21,798 nucleotides of DNA from contig PSLL01000008.1 in assembly GCA_040289575.1 (NCBI GenBank), positions 42,480-64,277 on the forward strand, written 5' to 3'. The DNA is from Candidatus Dadabacteria bacterium (lineage in GTDB: Bacteria > Desulfobacterota_D > UBA1144 > Nemesobacterales > CSP1-2). The notes beneath the pieces are model-generated. The model was not told where the DNA came from. It did not search any database and saw nothing but the letters and a program-made list of their open reading frames with translations. Both the position numbers and the translations under genes were made by a program. The first letter of the stretch is position 1, and each line of letters opens with the position of its first letter. Below, piece after piece: positions 18,921-21,798 of this stretch.

Positions 18921-18950
18921 TGTAGTGTTGCGTTGCAATGTGTTCCTACA
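18921..18950. repeat. Degenerate GTAG-type REP-like palindrome between convergent tamB and alaC
   Basis: TGTAG-TGTTGC-GTT-GCAATG-TGTTC-CTACA: TGTAG/CTACA ends around an inner TTGC/GCAA stem. Confidence 0.35.
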
Positions 18951-18986
18951 CAAAGGTGTGTGTATTCCTGATAGGGTTCTCTAGTA

Positions 18987-20177
18987 TTAATAGCTATGCA
19001 AAAACCTTCTTATTCCTCTTACCGCCTGCATTATTCTCTGTTCATTTTCAACGAGCGCAAGCCTTACGTATCCCTCGCCGTAGCTTCCAAATCCGACTCC
19101 CGGTGACACAGCGACCTTTGCCTTTTCAATAAGGAGCTTTGAGAATTCAAGGGAACCCATATCTTTAAACCTATCTGGAATCTCAGCCCAGACGAACATA
19201 GTTCCTTTGGGTTTTGGAATCTCCCAACCGGCACGTAAAAGCCCCTCTATGAGTTTGTCTCTCCTTGACCTATACATTTCCCTTATTTGGTCTACGCATT
19301 CCTGGGGGCCGTTTAAAGCGGAGATTGCGGCTATTTGAATGGGCTGAAAAATCCCGTAGTCGAGATAGCTTTTAATTCTCCCAAGGGCGGATATTATCTT
19401 TGAATTCCCTACCATAAATCCAACGCGCCATCCGGGCATATTGTAGCTCTTAGAGAGTGAGAAGAATTCAACCCCGATCTCCTTTGCCCCAGGCACCTCA
19501 AGAAAGCTGGGCGCCCTGTATCCATCAAAGCAGAGGTCTGCATATGCAAAATCGTGCACAACAATAAGCCCAAAGTCCCTGGCAAACTCATAAATCTCTT
19601 TAAAGAAGTTTAGGTCAACAACGCTCGTTGTGGGGTTGTGTGGGAATGAGATCATAAGGACTTTGGGTTTAGGCCAGATCTCCTTTACGGCCTTTTCCAT
19701 AGCCTCAATGAAATTTATGTCCTTTGTAAGAGGCGCACTCTTTACATCTCCCCTTGCAATTATCACCGAATAGCTGTGAATCGGGTATGTTGGACTCGGA
19801 ACCACAACCACATCACCGGGAGCTAAGATTGAGAGCATAAGATGAGAGATCCCCTCTTTTGAGCCAATCGTGGCTATTGCCTCGGTTTCGGGGTCTAACT
19901 CAACCTTATAGTTCCTCTTATACCAATCGCAGATTGCCATTCTTAGTTTTGGAATGCCCCGCGAAGCGGAGTATCTGTGGTTTCTGGGGTTCTTCGAAGC
20001 CTCTATGAGCTTATCCACAATATGCTGTGGTGTCGGCTGATCCGGATTTCCCATTCCGAGGTCTATGATGTCTTCTCCTCTTATTCTTGCTTTCATCTTT
20101 AGTTCATTCACTATGGCAAATACATATGGAGGGAGTCTCCTTATAAGTGGAAACTCCTCTGAAAGGATGTGCTGCAT
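18987..20177 (-). CDS. alaC: PLP-dependent class I/II aminotransferase, AlaC (YfdZ)-like
   Basis: [64 protein letters not shown] (PLP Lys) and RIKSYLDYG. Start is the ATG at 20177 with an AGGAG RBS. Confidence 0.85.
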   Translation of the reverse strand: MQHILSEEFPLIRRLPPYVFAIVNELKMKARIRGEDIIDLGMGNPDQPTPQHIVDKLIEASKNPRNHRYSASRGIPKLRMAICDWYKRNYKVELDPETEAIATIGSKEGISHLMLSILAPGDVVVVPSPTYPIHSYSVIIARGDVKSAPLTKDINFIEAMEKAVKEIWPKPKVLMISFPHNPTTSVVDLNFFKEIYEFARDFGLIVVHDFAYADLCFDGYRAPSFLEVPGAKEIGVEFFSLSKSYNMPGWRVGFMVGNSKIISALGRIKSYLDYGIFQPIQIAAISALNGPQECVDQIREMYRSRRDKLIEGLLRAGWEIPKPKGTMFVWAEIPDRFKDMGSLEFSKLLIEKAKVAVSPGVGFGSYGEGYVRLALVENEQRIMQAVRGIRRFLHSY

Positions 20178-20213
20178 GTTACTTATCTCCTGAATATTCA
20201 AACAGTTCAAGTA

Positions 20214-20241
20214 ATTTTATTACAATTCTTGATAATCTCAA
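20214..20241 (-). promoter_or_regulatory. Putative sigma70 promoter of alaC
   Basis: TTGAGA (20241-20236), 16 bp spacer, TAAAAT (20219-20214). Confidence 0.5.
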
Positions 20242-20306
20242 GGAGCGCATCCGATTACGTATAGGACTGTATAGTTATTTATAAAATCTGGTCTAAAAGG
20301 GTTCTA

Positions 20307-20342
20307 TTGCATAATTCATGTTCAATATGTTAAAATGCGGGC
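20307..20342 (+). promoter_or_regulatory. Leaderless-type promoter of rlpA
   Basis: TTGCAT (20307-20312), 18 bp spacer ending in TGt, TAAAAT (20331-20336), GCGGGC, then the ATG at 20343; no SD. Confidence 0.65.
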
Positions 20343-20993
20343 ATGTCGAGAGAAAGAATAGGGTTGTTTCTATTATTGACTGTTCTATTCTTCTCTTCCT
20401 GTGCGTCTGTCTCCAAAAGGGGTATCGGGATGCGCCCAACTGAGAACAACTCTCAAATCGGCGTTGCTTCTTGGTATGGTGTTGATGAAGACGGTGGCAA
20501 GACGGCAAGCGGCGAGCGATTTAGTATGCATAGCTATACCGCGGCTCACCAAACCCTGCCGATAGGGACGGTGGTCAGGGTTGTTAATCTGGAAAATGGA
20601 AGAGACGTTATCGTAAAGATAAACGATCGGGGTCCGTTTAAAAAAGGACGCATAATAGACCTCTCTTACGCAGCGGCTAAATCTATTGGAATGCTAGGAA
20701 AGGGAACGGCAAAGGTAAGGGTTGAGGTAATTTCAGTGCCCGGAAGAAGTGCGGACTACTTTGATGCCAAATATACCGTTCAGGTGGGATCATTTAAAGA
20801 TAAACGGAGCGCCTTAGATTTAAAAGAGCATCTTGATAGCAGTTTGAGCGATGTGAGAATCGAGCCGATCGATTTAGACGGCGATATTTACTACAGGATA
20901 AGGATTGGGCGGTTTTCTCAGAGGGATGAGGCTGAAGAGCTTGCCACAAGACTTAGAAGATCAGGTTATACTGGATCGGTGATTCAGGAATAG
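20343..20993 (+). CDS. rlpA: RlpA septal lytic transglycosylase lipoprotein (DPBB + SPOR)
   Basis: Lipobox FSSC; GVASWYG, TASGERF, TAAHQTLP and INDRGPF..GRIIDLSYAAA; SPOR domain YTVQVGSF...YYRIRIGRF..EAEEL. Confidence 0.95.
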   Translation: MSRERIGLFLLLTVLFFSSCASVSKRGIGMRPTENNSQIGVASWYGVDEDGGKTASGERFSMHSYTAAHQTLPIGTVVRVVNLENGRDVIVKINDRGPFKKGRIIDLSYAAAKSIGMLGKGTAKVRVEVISVPGRSADYFDAKYTVQVGSFKDKRSALDLKEHLDSSLSDVRIEPIDLDGDIYYRIRIGRFSQRDEAEELATRLRRSGYTGSVIQE

Positions 20994-21035
20994 GGCGATT
21001 TAGCCGCGGATTTACACCAATATATGCGAACGGAG

Positions 21036-21121
21036 GAATACAGTATATAGTAAACAGAATACAGGAAACAGGATAGGTGGCTTGAGGTCTTTCTGTATTC
21101 TGTGTTCTATATACTGTATTC
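21036..21121. repeat. Long imperfect inverted repeat built from 7-nt units
   Basis: GAATACAGTATATAG (21036-21050) is the exact reverse complement of 21107-21121, and ACAGAATACAG (21054-21064) of 21093-21103; loop about 22 nt. Confidence 0.9.
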
Positions 21122-21207
21122 TGATTATTTCATTTGTGGTCGATTAAATACCAAAACCAGATTACTTTTAAATAGAATTACATTCGACTGGACTGGAGAT
21201 GAATAAA

Positions 21208-21633
21208 ATGGCCGAGGTTGCCGATTTCTTTAAAATAGTGTCTGATAAAATCAATGTTGAAGAAGCAATCGGAAGAGTTTTAGATATTGAGTCCGGAGCA
21301 ATAGTAGTCTTTATCGGCACAGTAAGAAAATCATCAAGGGGAAGAGAGGTCAAGTATCTAGAATACGAGGCCTACAGAGAAATGGCACTTCGAGAGTTTA
21401 GTAGGATATCGCGAGAGATAAGGCAGATGTGGGATATAAGAAAACTGGCAATAGTCCACCGTATAGGAAAACTCAGCCTTGGTGAAATAAGTGTCTTAAT
21501 TGTTGTCTCTGCACCACATAGAGACGAGGCTTATAAGGCATCGAGGTATGCCATCGAGAAACTCAAACAAGCCGTCCCCATATGGAAAAAAGAGATCTGG
21601 GAAGGTGGAGAGGAGTGGATACAAGGCTCTTAG
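21208..21633 (+). CDS. moaE: Molybdopterin synthase catalytic subunit
   Basis: GAIVVFIGTVR, LEYEAYREMA, VHRIGKL..GEISV, SAPHRDEAY and LKQAVPIWKKE. GGAG spacing favours the ATG at 21208 over 21199. Confidence 0.95.
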   Translation: MAEVADFFKIVSDKINVEEAIGRVLDIESGAIVVFIGTVRKSSRGREVKYLEYEAYREMALREFSRISREIRQMWDIRKLAIVHRIGKLSLGEISVLIVVSAPHRDEAYKASRYAIEKLKQAVPIWKKEIWEGGEEWIQGS

Positions 21634-21660
21634 ATTAGTTATCAGTCTCTATTTATAAAT

Positions 21661-21689
21661 TTGACATCTCAAATAACTTTCTTTATCAT
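21661..21689 (+). promoter_or_regulatory. Near-consensus sigma70 promoter for a gene starting at or beyond the window edge
   Basis: TTGACA (21661-21666), 17 bp spacer, TATCAT (21684-21689); strong SD GGAGGAG at 21786-21792. Confidence 0.75.
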
Positions 21690-21798
21690 AGAATGTAGGT
21701 CTTTTTCGCATTTGCGTATAAGTAGTATAGGCGATAGAGCCCTAAAATTTATACCGCTTGGATCCATATTAGGGGGACCAAGACGGGAGGAGATTTGA

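Noticed and set aside
21036..21121. CRISPR array, tRNA or Rho-independent terminator
   Set aside because: No repeat-spacer periodicity or cas genes, no cloverleaf, and the AT-rich long stem lacks a U-tract.
21728..21790. Fluoride (crcB) or Moco riboswitch
   Set aside because: GGCGATAGAG...ACCGCT resembles the fluoride 5' half, but the UCGCC partner and the 3' GCUGAUGRC element are missing. The Moco motif's multi-stem pattern is not evident, and the leader is downstream of moaE.

Overview
This is a gene-dense, moderately AT-rich chromosomal window from a diderm bacterium. Gene content is compatible with a Desulfobacterota/Dadabacteria-like lineage, but that is an impression only. It is mostly housekeeping and envelope genes. 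In order: a PsrA-like TetR regulator heading a tolC-emrA type efflux operon that runs off the left edge; a frameshifted alpha/beta-hydrolase pseudogene missed by the ORF track; carA; a UDP-glucuronate decarboxylase-like SDR; a REC/HD-GYP phosphodiesterase; a PlsC-type acyltransferase; gatB; a PIG-L deacetylase; an Ogg2-type 8-oxoG glycosylase; an MltD-like lytic transglycosylase; tamA-tamB; alaC; rlpA; and moaE. I see no CRISPR, RNA genes, transposases or clearly novel multi-gene system. The best signals are regulatory or non-coding: a tandem PsrA-type operator on an efflux operon, recurrent leaderless/short-leader promoter architecture, two adjacent proteins ending in ssrA-like Ala-Ala tails, a heptamer-built inverted repeat between rlpA and moaE, a candidate bidirectional promoter, and a structured 5' leader at the right edge.
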